A stretch of 64,000 nt of DNA. Source: Spirochaetia bacterium. Its GTDB lineage: Bacteria; Spirochaetota; Spirochaetia; SP-2023. Of this stretch, positions 30,071 through 40,500 are shown in pieces. The stretch is from the NCBI GenBank assembly GCA_965263295.1, contig OZ253665.1, forward strand, positions 2,176,001 to 2,240,000. The letters run 5' to 3'. How positions within the stretch are numbered: position 1 is the first letter of the stretch; each line of letters starts with the position of its first letter. The position numbers were made by a program, and so were the translations under genes. The notes beneath the pieces were generated by a model that was given only the letters and a program-made list of their open reading frames with translations, had not been told where the DNA came from and ran no database searches.

Positions 30071-31573
30071 TTACTTTTGTGGCCCCATTTGAACAGGGGC
30101 AATACTTTGGGGTTGTGTCACACCATAGAAACTATTGATTACTAGGCTGCCGTCGGTACCAACCTGGCGTTGGCCATAGCTGCCCAGCAGGAAGTTCTCG
30201 CCGCTTTTGCCTTGTTTTTCACCGCTATACAGGGCAAAAGCGGCATACAATGCGGCATACGCCAGAGCGCCGTATTGTAGGGGTACCAATAGCTGGATAT
30301 TGCCGCTAGCTATTAGAGGATCGCTCAGGTCTTTCCAGCCTAGTCCTGCAAGCTTGAGACCCAGGCCGTAGCGCTGGAGCACCTGGGCGCTGCTATAGAG
30401 CAATAGAGGTTCCAGCGCTACGATGCGGCCATTGGCACCAAGATTGATTGCCAGTCGGCGCAGTTCTTCCTGGCTATCAATGCGCAGCGGGTTGAGGAAG
30501 CGTACCGCTTGAATATAGTCGCGATTGCGGCTAATATTGTCACGCATTTGGCGGTAGATTACACGGGTAAATGGTGCTTGACTGGAGCCGAAGAGGACTA
30601 AGGCTGCCGGCTGGTGTCGAGCGGAAGTATTTAAGCGCACTTCTCCTTTTTCATTGTTGCCGCTGCCAGCCGGCGCACTTGTTCCTGTGAGAAACTGAGT
30701 CAAGCTGCGCAGCAAAGCGCCTAAGCTGGTCGGGCGGATATTGAGGTCTACGAAGCCTCGTTTGTCTGTCTCCTGTCGTGTTTGTCTGAGAGCTGCAGGA
30801 GGAACTGGGGCAGATCGTGGTTTGGTCGCAATGTTCAGTCCAGTCTGGTCGGCGTAAGGTAGTGGCGTGCCGCCTCCATCAATAGGATTACCCTGATGAT
30901 CTTGATCCAGCCGCTGGCCGCGGTCGGCATTCTCGCTCAAGATACTGTCTGGGGTACTTCTGGTGTAGGGGTAATTATCAGGGCTTTGCGAATTTTTATA
31001 AGCGCGCAGATGGCGTTCATTCCGCCGGTTTGTCAGAGGGGATTGTGAATGTATGGGCTTACTGGCAAAACCGCAGTAGATGACAAACAGTCCGGCTTGC
31101 CGTGCCTGCCGCAAGCTTTCGTCCATATCTGGCAGCTCGTCACCAAAAAATACTAATACGTCATAGCCTCCTGTGATGATTTGCCGGAATTGTTGTTTCT
31201 TCCAGGCGATATGTGCCAGATAGTTAGTCTTTAAATTTTCGCTACTGGTCCCAAAGCCTGGAGTCTGCCCTTGGCGCAGCTGTTGTTCGCGGCGCAGTGT
31301 TCGTTCGGCCTGGACTCGTTCGCGCCGGCTGAGTTTTGGCTCCGCTGCTTGCCCAAAAATGACAGCGTTGACTTGACTCAATTCATCCATTGCCCGTTGC
31401 AGACCTTCTTTGACATTGCGGTAAGCCGAGGGATGGGCATAGCTGAGTAAGACGGCGACCTGTAAAAATTTCTGGCGCTTCAGGTCTGTCGGGGCGGGAG
31501 TTTTGCAGCTGGTGATTAGCCATATGCTCAGGGCATACAGCGCCAACAGGCGATATTTCGGCAGGCGGAGCAT
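30071..31573 (-). CDS. Lipoprotein with weak similarity to type-I periplasmic sugar-binding proteins
   Basis: Lipobox ITSC; QIITGGYDVLVF...LRQARQAGLFVI and a C-terminal LGSYGQRQVG resemble RbsB/LsrB-type folds interrupted by low-complexity inserts. Confidence 0.55.
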   Translation of the reverse strand: MLRLPKYRLLALYALSIWLITSCKTPAPTDLKRQKFLQVAVLLSYAHPSAYRNVKEGLQRAMDELSQVNAVIFGQAAEPKLSRRERVQAERTLRREQQLRQGQTPGFGTSSENLKTNYLAHIAWKKQQFRQIITGGYDVLVFFGDELPDMDESLRQARQAGLFVIYCGFASKPIHSQSPLTNRRNERHLRAYKNSQSPDNYPYTRSTPDSILSENADRGQRLDQDHQGNPIDGGGTPLPYADQTGLNIATKPRSAPVPPAALRQTRQETDKRGFVDLNIRPTSLGALLRSLTQFLTGTSAPAGSGNNEKGEVRLNTSARHQPAALVLFGSSQAPFTRVIYRQMRDNISRNRDYIQAVRFLNPLRIDSQEELRRLAINLGANGRIVALEPLLLYSSAQVLQRYGLGLKLAGLGWKDLSDPLIASGNIQLLVPLQYGALAYAALYAAFALYSGEKQGKSGENFLLGSYGQRQVGTDGSLVINSFYGVTQPQSIAPVQMGPQK

Positions 31574-31863
31574 AACTGGAGACTAGTATGCCAAAAGTAT
31601 GTCTGGAAGCAATAGCTGTCGTAGGGCAAATTGCTCTGGCCTCCTGCTGCTTCCTTGCGCCTAGGAATATTGAGTTTCTACGACTAAAAAGATACAACGG
31701 GAGGTAATGAAAATCCATGATTGAGAGCCTAAAAAGGATGGGGAAGAAAGAACCAAATGAGACTCGGCATGCGAGCCTGAGCGGCTTATAATCGCACCTT
31801 AAGTGAGCTGCCTGTACCTAGTTTAGGAGGGCAACCCCAATCTATCTGCAAGGAGAATAACGT

Positions 31864-32619
31864 TTGCGACCTTCAAAGCTTTACTATAAGCTTGTTCTAG
31901 GCTATGTTCTAGGGGTGGGAATATTATTGCCAGCCGTCCCGCCGTCCTTACTGGCGGACGACTTGCGCTGGGCCGAGCAGGTATTGGAACCGCCAGAGCA
32001 GGCGCCGGCGGGCCTGCGCAACAACATCTCTCTAGAGATGATCAATGCGTTTGAAGGTCTGCTCCAACCGCGCTTTCAGCATTATTTTCGCGACAGCTTA
32101 GCCTATTATATTCAGCTGCAGTTTGGCACCCATCTAGCTTCGGGCCTGAATTTTACTGAAGAATATCAGGGCCTGTCCTACAAGCGCTTGCAATTAGGAT
32201 TTGAACTGGGGCTGATCAGTTTGTTGTATGCCCGTAACTCTAAAGTTACCAAGGATATCCGGCGTTGGGGTTCGGGCCTGATTGCGGGGTTTGGCTTTCG
32301 TTCCATGCTCAGTAACCTCAGTGGCAGTGTGGAAGAAACTATTTTTGGCCTGGGTTTAATTACAGAACTGGGTTGGCAGCTACAGTCACGCAATTTCTCG
32401 GTTACTATGTATTTGGAACTGCGCATTATGTTGCAAGTCGGCCTGCGGGATTCGGGGGCATTGGCCCGCGATATGCCTATCATCCTCGATCGCGGGCCGC
32501 TCAGTCGGGCTTTACCCAGTATCCCGCTGGTCAACGATAGCCTTGCCAGCCCCTTCGGGCCCAATGTTTTTTATTGTCTTAGCCAGACTTTAAACGTCCG
32601 TGTCAGTTACTACTTCTGA
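31864..32619 (+). CDS. Exported hypothetical protein, possible outer-membrane beta-barrel
   Basis: RBS AAGGAG with TTG start, signal peptide, alternating hydrophobic strands, C-terminal VRVSYYF. Confidence 0.6.
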   Translation: MRPSKLYYKLVLGYVLGVGILLPAVPPSLLADDLRWAEQVLEPPEQAPAGLRNNISLEMINAFEGLLQPRFQHYFRDSLAYYIQLQFGTHLASGLNFTEEYQGLSYKRLQLGFELGLISLLYARNSKVTKDIRRWGSGLIAGFGFRSMLSNLSGSVEETIFGLGLITELGWQLQSRNFSVTMYLELRIMLQVGLRDSGALARDMPIILDRGPLSRALPSIPLVNDSLASPFGPNVFYCLSQTLNVRVSYYF

Positions 32620-33287
32620 GCTGCCGGCGATTCCAGAATATCCTGGGGCCTTGAAACAATGTGGGTGGCCCCGCTAGCTCGTAGCTCTTGTTCGCTACCA
32701 AAGCCGTAGGTCACGCCAATACGGACAGTAAAGCCCAGCTCTCTTCCCGCGCTCATGTCGTAACAGCGGTCGCCGATCATGGCGCTCTGCTCTGGGACAC
32801 AATCGTATTTATGGCAAAGCTCCTGCAGTAAGTCACTCTTTTCGTGGGGGGATTCATCCATGTGGGCTCCAATCAAGTCCGTGAGCAATGAATCATAATT
32901 CAAATATTGCATGATCTTGCGGGCAATTGGCTGCGGTTTTGAAGTGCAAACAAACAGGGTCTTATTCCGTAGCTTCAGTTTTTGCAAAAGCTCTTCAATG
33001 CCGTCGTAGAGGATAAAATCTTTATAATAAATATTTTGGTAAGCCTGCTGAAAGGTGGCGATATAGTTTTGGATTGCGCTTGGCTCCTCGCTGCCGATCA
33101 GGCGGGGAACACTCAGGCCGAGCGGAGGCCCGATGGTCCAGCCGATGCCCTCTTCTGCTAGAATCCTCAGGCCATCCATGTAACGCAATTGCTCCAAACA
33201 GTGCGTGTGGGCACTGAGCAGGCCGGGCTCCGAATTGATGATCGTGCCATCAAGGTCAAAAAAGTAATTCTGTAGGGAATTAAACAT
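32610..33287 (-). CDS. HAD-superfamily hydrolase (Gph/5'-nucleotidase-like)
   Basis: FFDLDGT, IGPPL, CTSKP, MIGDRCYD and GVTYGFG. Confidence 0.9.
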   Translation of the reverse strand: MFNSLQNYFFDLDGTIINSEPGLLSAHTHCLEQLRYMDGLRILAEEGIGWTIGPPLGLSVPRLIGSEEPSAIQNYIATFQQAYQNIYYKDFILYDGIEELLQKLKLRNKTLFVCTSKPQPIARKIMQYLNYDSLLTDLIGAHMDESPHEKSDLLQELCHKYDCVPEQSAMIGDRCYDMSAGRELGFTVRIGVTYGFGSEQELRASGATHIVSRPQDILESPAAQK

Positions 33288-33486
33288 GGGTCCTCCCAGA
33301 CTTCAAATGGCCCAGATTGCGAGGCAAGACTCCAAGTAGAACGGGTTGGAACTCAACCAGGAAAGATCGTTGAACCGTTACTTGAAAATTTATTGGTGGG
33401 TATTCGGTTTTAGAGTTGCCTTGGCGTGAATTCTATAGGTGCTGCTGTCCTTGTACAAGTACTTTGGAATAGTCGGGGCATTTTGC

Positions 33487-33516
33487 TTTGACCTAAGTGG
33501 TCAAAACAGTCATAAT
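33487..33516 (+). promoter_or_regulatory. fabF promoter overlapped by a palindromic operator
   Basis: TTGACC-N17-CATAAT, overlapped by TTTGACC-TAAGT-GGTCAAA (33487-33505). Confidence 0.6.
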
Positions 33517-33614
33517 ATGCGGCTGTTTGCATCCTGTAGCTTAGTGTCAGCCTGATACGTGCCGCCTGACCGAGGGTGCGTACCGTAAATATTGTAGCTT
33601 AAAAAGGTGAACTT

Positions 33615-34877
33615 ATGACTGATAGAAGGGTCGTTGTTACTGGCATTGGTACCATCAATCCGCTGGGCAATGATGTGCCCAGTTTCTGGGCCAACCTGGC
33701 CGAGGGAGAGAGTGGTATTGTCGACTTGCGTCCTATCTATCCGATATTGAGTGACTACAGCGTCAAGATCGGCGGTTATTTTGCCTTGCCAGACGATGCC
33801 CGCAACTATTTTGGGCGTTACGGCAAATGGCTCAAACGCTTAGATGAATTCACTGTGTACATGCAAATCGCTGGGGCCCAGGCCATGAGTGATTCGGGCC
33901 TGGATATGAGCTGCGAAGACCCTTTCCGCGTCGGCTCTCTATTGGGAACGGGCGAGGGCGGTTTGAACAGTCACGAGCGCAACCAAAGCTATCTGCAAAA
34001 GCATGGTATGAGTGCCCTGTCGCCTCTGTATGTGCTCAATGCGATACCGAATACGGCGACCGGCTTTTTTGCTCAGAGCTATGGCCTTTGCGGCCCGAAT
34101 TTTGCCCCTGTATCGGCGTGTGCTACTTCTAATCACAGCATTGGCCTGTCTTGCATGATGATTGAGTCGGGCATGGCGGATGTGATGTTTGCCGGAGGCT
34201 CTGAGTCGAGTTTGAACCCTTCCGGCATAGGTGCCTTTGGTAACTTGGGCGCCCTTTCCACCCAGTTCAACGAGGAACCTCGCCGGGCTAGCCGCCCCTT
34301 CGATATACAGCGCAGCGGCTTTGTCATGAGTAATGGTTCCGCCGTCCTTTGCCTTGAAGAGCTGAACCATGCCAAGAAACGCTGTGCCAAAATCTATGCA
34401 GAGGTTTCGGGATATTGTTTCTCTGCCGATGCCCACGATTTAGTGGCGCCTCACCCCGAGGGCACCAGTACTTCCCATGCGATGAAAAAGGCTTTGGAGA
34501 AGGCGCGTCTGAACCCGGCAGACATTAGTCTGATCAATGCTCACGGCACTTCTACAGCCTTGGGCGACAAGGTCGAGGAAATTGCAATTTACAAAGCATT
34601 GGGCTCGGCGGCGTCAAGCGTTGCAGTGCACAGCACCAAATCGATGACAGGCCATACCATAGGGGCTTCCGGTGCGATTGAGGCCATCGCTGCCCTATTG
34701 GCCCTTGAAAAGGGAATTATTCATCCGAGCATAAACTGCGATGAGCAGGACCCGGATATACGCCTTAATGTCATTACAGAGGCACGGGAGGATATTCCGG
34801 TGGAACATGTGATGTCCAATAACTTTGGCTTTGGTGGCCAGAACGCAGTGGTCATCTTGTCGCGTTTTAGCGCTTAG
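33615..34877 (+). CDS. fabF: 3-oxoacyl-ACP synthase II
   Basis: RRVVVTGIG, SACAT (Cys), INAHGTST, KSMTGH and NNFGFGGQN; Cys-His-His triad intact. Confidence 0.93.
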   Translation: MTDRRVVVTGIGTINPLGNDVPSFWANLAEGESGIVDLRPIYPILSDYSVKIGGYFALPDDARNYFGRYGKWLKRLDEFTVYMQIAGAQAMSDSGLDMSCEDPFRVGSLLGTGEGGLNSHERNQSYLQKHGMSALSPLYVLNAIPNTATGFFAQSYGLCGPNFAPVSACATSNHSIGLSCMMIESGMADVMFAGGSESSLNPSGIGAFGNLGALSTQFNEEPRRASRPFDIQRSGFVMSNGSAVLCLEELNHAKKRCAKIYAEVSGYCFSADAHDLVAPHPEGTSTSHAMKKALEKARLNPADISLINAHGTSTALGDKVEEIAIYKALGSAASSVAVHSTKSMTGHTIGASGAIEAIAALLALEKGIIHPSINCDEQDPDIRLNVITEAREDIPVEHVMSNNFGFGGQNAVVILSRFSA

Positions 34878-35341
34878 TATCAAGCTGTTTGGGCGAAAAC
34901 TGCCGCCATAGCTCCCTCGTCACAGGGCCGGAACTTGCCAATGTCATGGCCTCAAAGTGGTCAGTGAATTTCACAGTGTCATTGGGGCAGCCGCAGTTTA
35001 CGCTTAACTTAAGTAATTTTGTGTGTTATTTGCGTTACGCTAGTCCTTCGCTTTGAGATATCTGGTCGTTGGGGTATTATGGGAACTCTTGGGACCGGTC
35101 TGCCGCAGACCCGCCACAGGTGGGGCTGCCGGCAGGCTGTAGCTGTACGAGCGCAATCGGGGTGGCGTGTTTTTGAGTATTTTGATTGTCAATGTGAAGA
35201 GTATAAGCTTGTGCAGGTTTTTGACAAAGGTGGAACGGCTTTTGTGTGGAAGGGCAGGCCCTGCGGTGGAGCAATTTATGCCTGCTGGGCTCGAGCTTTT
35301 GGGCTCGGCCGATTACCGGTATAAAAAACAGGGGGAATTAT

Positions 35342-36307
35342 ATGAAAAATGATCTAGAATATTCCAGTGCGGGTCTGGCCTTTAAGTTCTGGCCGCCGGC
35401 CTCTTCTCTGGCAATAAAATCAATGCATTCATTGCCTATTGTTGTGTTACACGGTTTGCTGGGATCACACAAGAATTTTGGCCGTTTTGCCCAGTCTTTT
35501 TCGGCTGCGGGCCATCCAGTATTGTGTTTTGACTGCCGCAATCACGGCGCTTCATTCCATTCGGACGATTTTGACTATCCTTTGATGGCCGCAGACCTCG
35601 ACGGCCTGCTGAGCGACCTAGAACGACAACGTTACGGAGGTTTGAGCTGGCGCAGGGTTGTCGTTTTGGGACATAGCATGGGGGGGCGTACCGCCATGAT
35701 GCATGCTTTGTTATACCCTGGGCGAGTGGCTGCCCTGATTTCGGTAGATGTTGTGCCGTCTTTGGAAAATCCAGATATCGGGATCGCTCAAGTTGTGGAG
35801 GCGATGTATCGTATTGAACCACAGCTGGCGAGCTTGGGCCAGCGCAAGGAGGCGGAAGCCTTGCTGCGTCGCGAACTGAAGGCGCGCGGTTCGGACTCGG
35901 AGGCGACTTTACAGTTCCTGTTGTTGTGTAACTTGCAAAGCACGGGGCAACAGGGTGTGAAAGATTACTCTGGTTACCGCTGGGCTTGCAATGCCAACTC
36001 GCTGCGAAAGCACCTGCAGCAAGTTGTCTGTTGGCCCGCAGACTGGCTTGAGCAATACTGGCATAAACAAAACCCGCAAACGGCCGCGGCCGTCCCCGTC
36101 AATCTGCGGCTGCCCCTGTTATTGATAGCCGGAGGACGTTCTCCATATGTGCAGACTGAGGGCTGGGAGCTGCTGTTGCGATATTTCCCCCATTCGAAGG
36201 CGGCCCCCACCGTTCAGAAAGTTATCGAGTCGGCTTACCACTGGCCACATACCCAGACCCCTGAAGAATTCGGGGCTCTGGTAGCCGAATTTTTACGGTC
36301 GCTGTGA
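35342..36307 (+). CDS. Alpha/beta hydrolase, YbfF/ABHD11-like esterase
   Basis: LHGLLGS, DCRNHGAS, GHSMGG and AYHWPH. Confidence 0.88.
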   Translation: MKNDLEYSSAGLAFKFWPPASSLAIKSMHSLPIVVLHGLLGSHKNFGRFAQSFSAAGHPVLCFDCRNHGASFHSDDFDYPLMAADLDGLLSDLERQRYGGLSWRRVVVLGHSMGGRTAMMHALLYPGRVAALISVDVVPSLENPDIGIAQVVEAMYRIEPQLASLGQRKEAEALLRRELKARGSDSEATLQFLLLCNLQSTGQQGVKDYSGYRWACNANSLRKHLQQVVCWPADWLEQYWHKQNPQTAAAVPVNLRLPLLLIAGGRSPYVQTEGWELLLRYFPHSKAAPTVQKVIESAYHWPHTQTPEEFGALVAEFLRSL

Positions 36308-36329
36308 GTTTTCTAATGGAATTAAAATA

Positions 36330-37586
36330 TCACCGAGCCAGGGTGCGGGCTTCAAGATAAAAAGTTGCCGGCCTAGCGTTTGCTTGTGGTAGTTCGCTGG
36401 GCATCTGGTCTGGGTTTTGCTTCTCTGCTCCTGGTTTTGCAATATCATCGGCTATCGTTTTGGGGGATTGGCCAGCTGCCTTTGCCGCCGCCGTGGTGTG
36501 CTTTGGGCCGGCCAAGTCTATAACTCTGATACGGCCAAAGACGGTCAGTGCCTGGTCGGTCGGAACGCTGATCAGGTCTCCAAGCAGTACGAGAACTTGT
36601 CCTTCCAGCACGGTACCGTCGGTGTAGCCGACTAGTAGAGTAAATTGCAGTTGGCCTTTTTTATCGATGCGAATATTTGTGGGCCGACCTCGCCAACTGA
36701 CAAAGCAATTCTGGTAGAGTTGAGGATTGCTGCGCACTTCTTGAAAACTAAAGTTATTCTTCAGGTTGTAGATTTCCACTTGATTGCCCAATAGGCTTTC
36801 AATAATGCGCAACTTGGCTTTTACTTTGTCACTGGCATTGGAGTAGAAAATCTTGTTGATGTCGCGCTGCACCAAGTTGTCGTTGTAGAGATCATAATTT
36901 TTGCGGATCTGGACTGTCAATTGGGTCAATTGTTCTTCGCTAAACTCAAATAGGTGCTGCTTCTTCTCAAATGAGAAGTATTCACTGGCGTCTAAGTCGG
37001 CGAGAGAAATGTTGTCGGCCTGTTCGCGCTGCTCTCGCCAATCCTTGTAGAGTTTTTGTAGCTTTGGGGCGCCGACACTGTAACCCAGCCAGGCACCCCA
37101 GAGCAGCAACAGGAGAAAGATGAGGCGCCACAGTTTACGGCTGATGCGATAACGCAGTACGCCGGGCAGGGCGGGGAGCAGTTTCGCAAATTTAGGACTT
37201 CGAGTGAAGTTGTAGAGTTCTTCAACGTCATTAATGCGGCGGATCTGGTCCAGTCCATAACGCAAGCAGGCGCGGCGGCAGCCAGCATTCTCCAGCTTCA
37301 GCCAGATTGAGATAGCGCGGTAAGTATCGCGCTCTTTAACTGCGAAGCAGGCTTGCATCAGTTGAATTTCTTCGTGGTTAGGTTCATTTTCCAGGCCTCT
37401 TCTTAGATATAGCTGGGCATTTTCTGAATCTCCCGCAGCAAAATAAGAGCGACCAAGTAGATAAAAGTAATCGGCATTATCAATAAATAAAGATATTTTA
37501 GGCTCCAGCAGGTTGATGCAACCGGTTAGCTGTCCCCGTATCAACAGTCTTACAGCTTTGCGCAGGGTTCGGTTTGGGCTGTTCAT
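36330..37586 (-). CDS. TPR-containing single-pass membrane protein
   Basis: TPR (YFYLLGRSYFAAGDSENAQLYL), central TM helix, beta-rich C-terminal region; overlaps the stop of the upstream gene by 4 nt. Confidence 0.75.
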   Translation of the reverse strand: MNSPNRTLRKAVRLLIRGQLTGCINLLEPKISLFIDNADYFYLLGRSYFAAGDSENAQLYLRRGLENEPNHEEIQLMQACFAVKERDTYRAISIWLKLENAGCRRACLRYGLDQIRRINDVEELYNFTRSPKFAKLLPALPGVLRYRISRKLWRLIFLLLLLWGAWLGYSVGAPKLQKLYKDWREQREQADNISLADLDASEYFSFEKKQHLFEFSEEQLTQLTVQIRKNYDLYNDNLVQRDINKIFYSNASDKVKAKLRIIESLLGNQVEIYNLKNNFSFQEVRSNPQLYQNCFVSWRGRPTNIRIDKKGQLQFTLLVGYTDGTVLEGQVLVLLGDLISVPTDQALTVFGRIRVIDLAGPKHTTAAAKAAGQSPKTIADDIAKPGAEKQNPDQMPSELPQANARPATFYLEARTLAR

Positions 37587-40500
37587 TTGTCGATATGATA
37601 TTTATTTTCAAGGTGAGACCAACGTTTTTCGCTATCATTAACGTCCTTCTCATCAAATTTTTTGTATTTTAGATAAGTATCCATATCTTGGATGAAATTT
37701 TTTACATCGCGGTAGGGCTCGCTGTCATTGCCGATTGAAGGTTGTTGAAGGATGCTTTTGGCTGGAACCACAGATGAATCAGAGCCCGGAGCTGTTTGCG
37801 GAGAGTGCTGAATGCCGTCGGGTGTCCTGCGGGCGAGGCCGCCGCCCTGCTGACTGAGCTTCTGACCGTAATTGGGAACTTGGGCCTGTGCTTTGCCGCC
37901 GCCTTGTAGGCTTTGGGTGCCGTCGGGTGTCCTGCGGGCGAGGCCGCCGCCCTGCTGGCTGAGCTGCTGGTCGTAACTAGGAAGCTGGGTTTGTGCTTTG
38001 CCGCCGCCTTGTAGGCTTTGGGTGCCGTCGGGTGTCCTGCGGGCGAGGCCGCCGCCCTGCTGGCTGAGCTGCTGGTCGTAACTAGGAAGCTGGGCCTGTG
38101 CTTTGCCGCCGCCTTGTAGGCTTTGGGTGCCGTCGGGTGTCCTGCGGGCGAGGCCGCCGCCCTGCTGGCTGAGCTGCTGGTCGTAACTAGGAAGCTGGGT
38201 TTGTGCTTTGCCGCCGCCTTGTAGGCTTTGGGTGCCGTCGGGTGTCCTGCGGGCGAGGCCGCCGCCCTGCTGACTGAGCTGCTGGTCGTAACTAGGAAGC
38301 TGGGTTTGTGCTTTGCCGCCGCCTTGTAGGCTTTGGGTGCCGTCGGGTGTCCTGCGGGCGAGGCCGCCGCCCTGCTGACTGAGCTTCTGACCGTAATTGG
38401 GAAGCTGGGTTTGTGCTTTGTCGCCGCCTTGTAGGCTTTGGGTGCCGTCGGGTGTCCTGCGGGCGAGGCCGCCGCCCTGCTGGCTGAGCTGCTGGTCGTA
38501 ACTAGGAAGCTGGGTTTGTGCTTTGCCGCCGCCTTGTCGGCTTTGGGTGCCGTCGGGTGTCCTGCGGGCGAGGCCGCCGCCCTGCTGACTGAGCTTCTGA
38601 CCGTAATTGGGAACTTGGGCCTGTGCTTTGCCGCCGCCTTGTCGGCTTTGGGTGCCGTCGGGTGTCCTGCGGGCGAGGCCGCCGCCCTGCTGGCTGAGCT
38701 GCTGGTCGTAACTAGGAAGCTGGGTTTGTGCTTTGCCGCCGCCTTGTAGGCTTTGGGTGCCGTCGGGTGTCCTGCGGGCGAGGCCGCCGCCCTGCTGGCT
38801 GAGCTGCTGGTCGTAACTAGGAAGCTGGGTTTGTGCTTTGCCGCCGCCTTGTAGGCTTTGGGTGCCGTCGGGTGTCCTGCGGGCGAGGCCGCCGCCCTGC
38901 TGGCTGAGCTTCTGACCGTAATTGGGAACTTGGGCCTGTGCTTTTGGTCCTTTGCCGCCGCCTTGTAGGCTTTGGGTGCCGTCGGGTGTCCTGCGGGCGA
39001 GGCCGCCGCCCTGCTGACTGAGCTTCTGACCGTAACTAGGAAGCTGGGTTTGTGCTTTGCCGCCGCCGTGTAGGCTTTGGGTGTCGTCGGGTGTCCTGCG
39101 GGCGAGGCCGCCGCCCTGCTGACTGAGCTTCTGACCGTAATTGGGAACTTGGGCTTGTGCTTTTGGTCCTTTGCCGCCGCCTTGTAGGCTTTGGGTGCCG
39201 TCGGGTGTCCTGCGGGCGAGGCCGCCGCCCTGCTGACTGAGCTTCTGACCGTAATTGGGAACTTGGGTTTGTGCTTTGCCGCCGCCTTGTAGGCTTTGGG
39301 TGCCGTCGGGTGTCCTGCGGGCGAGGCCGCCGCCCTGCTGACTGAGCTTCTGACCGTAATTGGGAACTTGGGCTTGTGCTTTTGGTCCTTTGCCGCCGCC
39401 TTGTAGGCTTTGGGTGCCGTCGGGTGTCCTGCGGGCGAGGCCGCCGCCCTGCTGACTGAGCTTCTGACCGTAATTGGGAACTTGGGCTTGTGCTTTTGGG
39501 CCTTTGCCGCCGCCGTGTAGGCTTTGGGTGCCGTCGGGTGTCCTGCGGGCGAGGCCGCCGCCCTGCTGACTGAGCTTCTGACCGTAATTGGGAACTTGGG
39601 CTTGTGCTTTGGGGCCTTTGCCGCTGCCTTGTAGGCTTTGGGTGCCGTCGGGGGTTCTGCGGGCGAGGCCACCGCCCTGCTGACTGAGCTTCTGACCGTA
39701 ATTGGGAACTTGGGCTTGTGCTTTTGGGCCTTTGCCGCCGCCGTGTAGGCTTTGGGTGCCGTCGGGTGTCCTGCGGGCGAGGCCGCCGCCCTGCTGGCTG
39801 AGTTTCTGACCGTAATTGGGAACTTGGGCCTGTGCTTTTGGTCCTTTGCCGCCGCCTTGTAGGCTTTGGGTGCCGTCGGGTGTCCTGCGGGCGAGGCCGC
39901 CGCCCTGCTGACTGAGTTTCTGACCGTAATTGGGGATTGGGGTTTGTACCTGGCTACTACGGTCACCGTAGCCCAAATCGGTCGAGGCATGAGGTTGAGG
40001 TTTTTGGATACTCGTTTGGTTGGGCTCTATGCCATAATATGAGGAGGGGATCTCGCTGCTCTCTAGATCAGTGCGGTAACTTTCTACATAACTTTTTCTT
40101 TCTACTGGGGCGATAGTTTGAGGGCGGGTAAACTGTCCGGTGTAATTTCCATCAACGGTGGGATTACGGCCCACGGTTGTACTGCCGTCGGGCATCACAG
40201 GGTTGCCTTTCGGCACGATAGGTTCTTTGCTGGCAGCTTGGGGCGCATAATTTCCATAGGGAGAAGGGCTGGGACTTAGCGCCGAACTAGAGGGCTGATT
40301 TGAATTTTCATTGCGCTTGTATTCAGGCAAGGGGGGACTGCTTTTTTCGGGAAAGCCTTTCAAAGCATTGTAGAGTTCGTTTTCGTTGATTTGAGGACGA
40401 ACGGTATCCGACATTTTATTGCGGGGCTTGCGATTTCTGCTTGTGGAGGGATAGGGGTTTACCAGCTGTACCAGTTGGGCCGAAGCATAGTAATCGTTTT

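Noticed and set aside
31655..31678. SRP-RNA-like GGAAGCAGC motif on the minus strand
   Set aside because: The helix-8 spacing and the CAGG element do not fit the SRP consensus.
37813..39934. Possible CRISPR array (with VapD as a Cas2-like gene)
   Set aside because: There are no unique spacers, the units are in-frame coding repeats, and no cas genes are present.
37702..39990. 762-aa alternative-frame ORF with histone-H1-like AKA/PK repeats
   Set aside because: The repeat units are multiples of 3 and stop-free in that frame, so the array itself creates the ORF. It has no clear RBS and almost no unique sequence.
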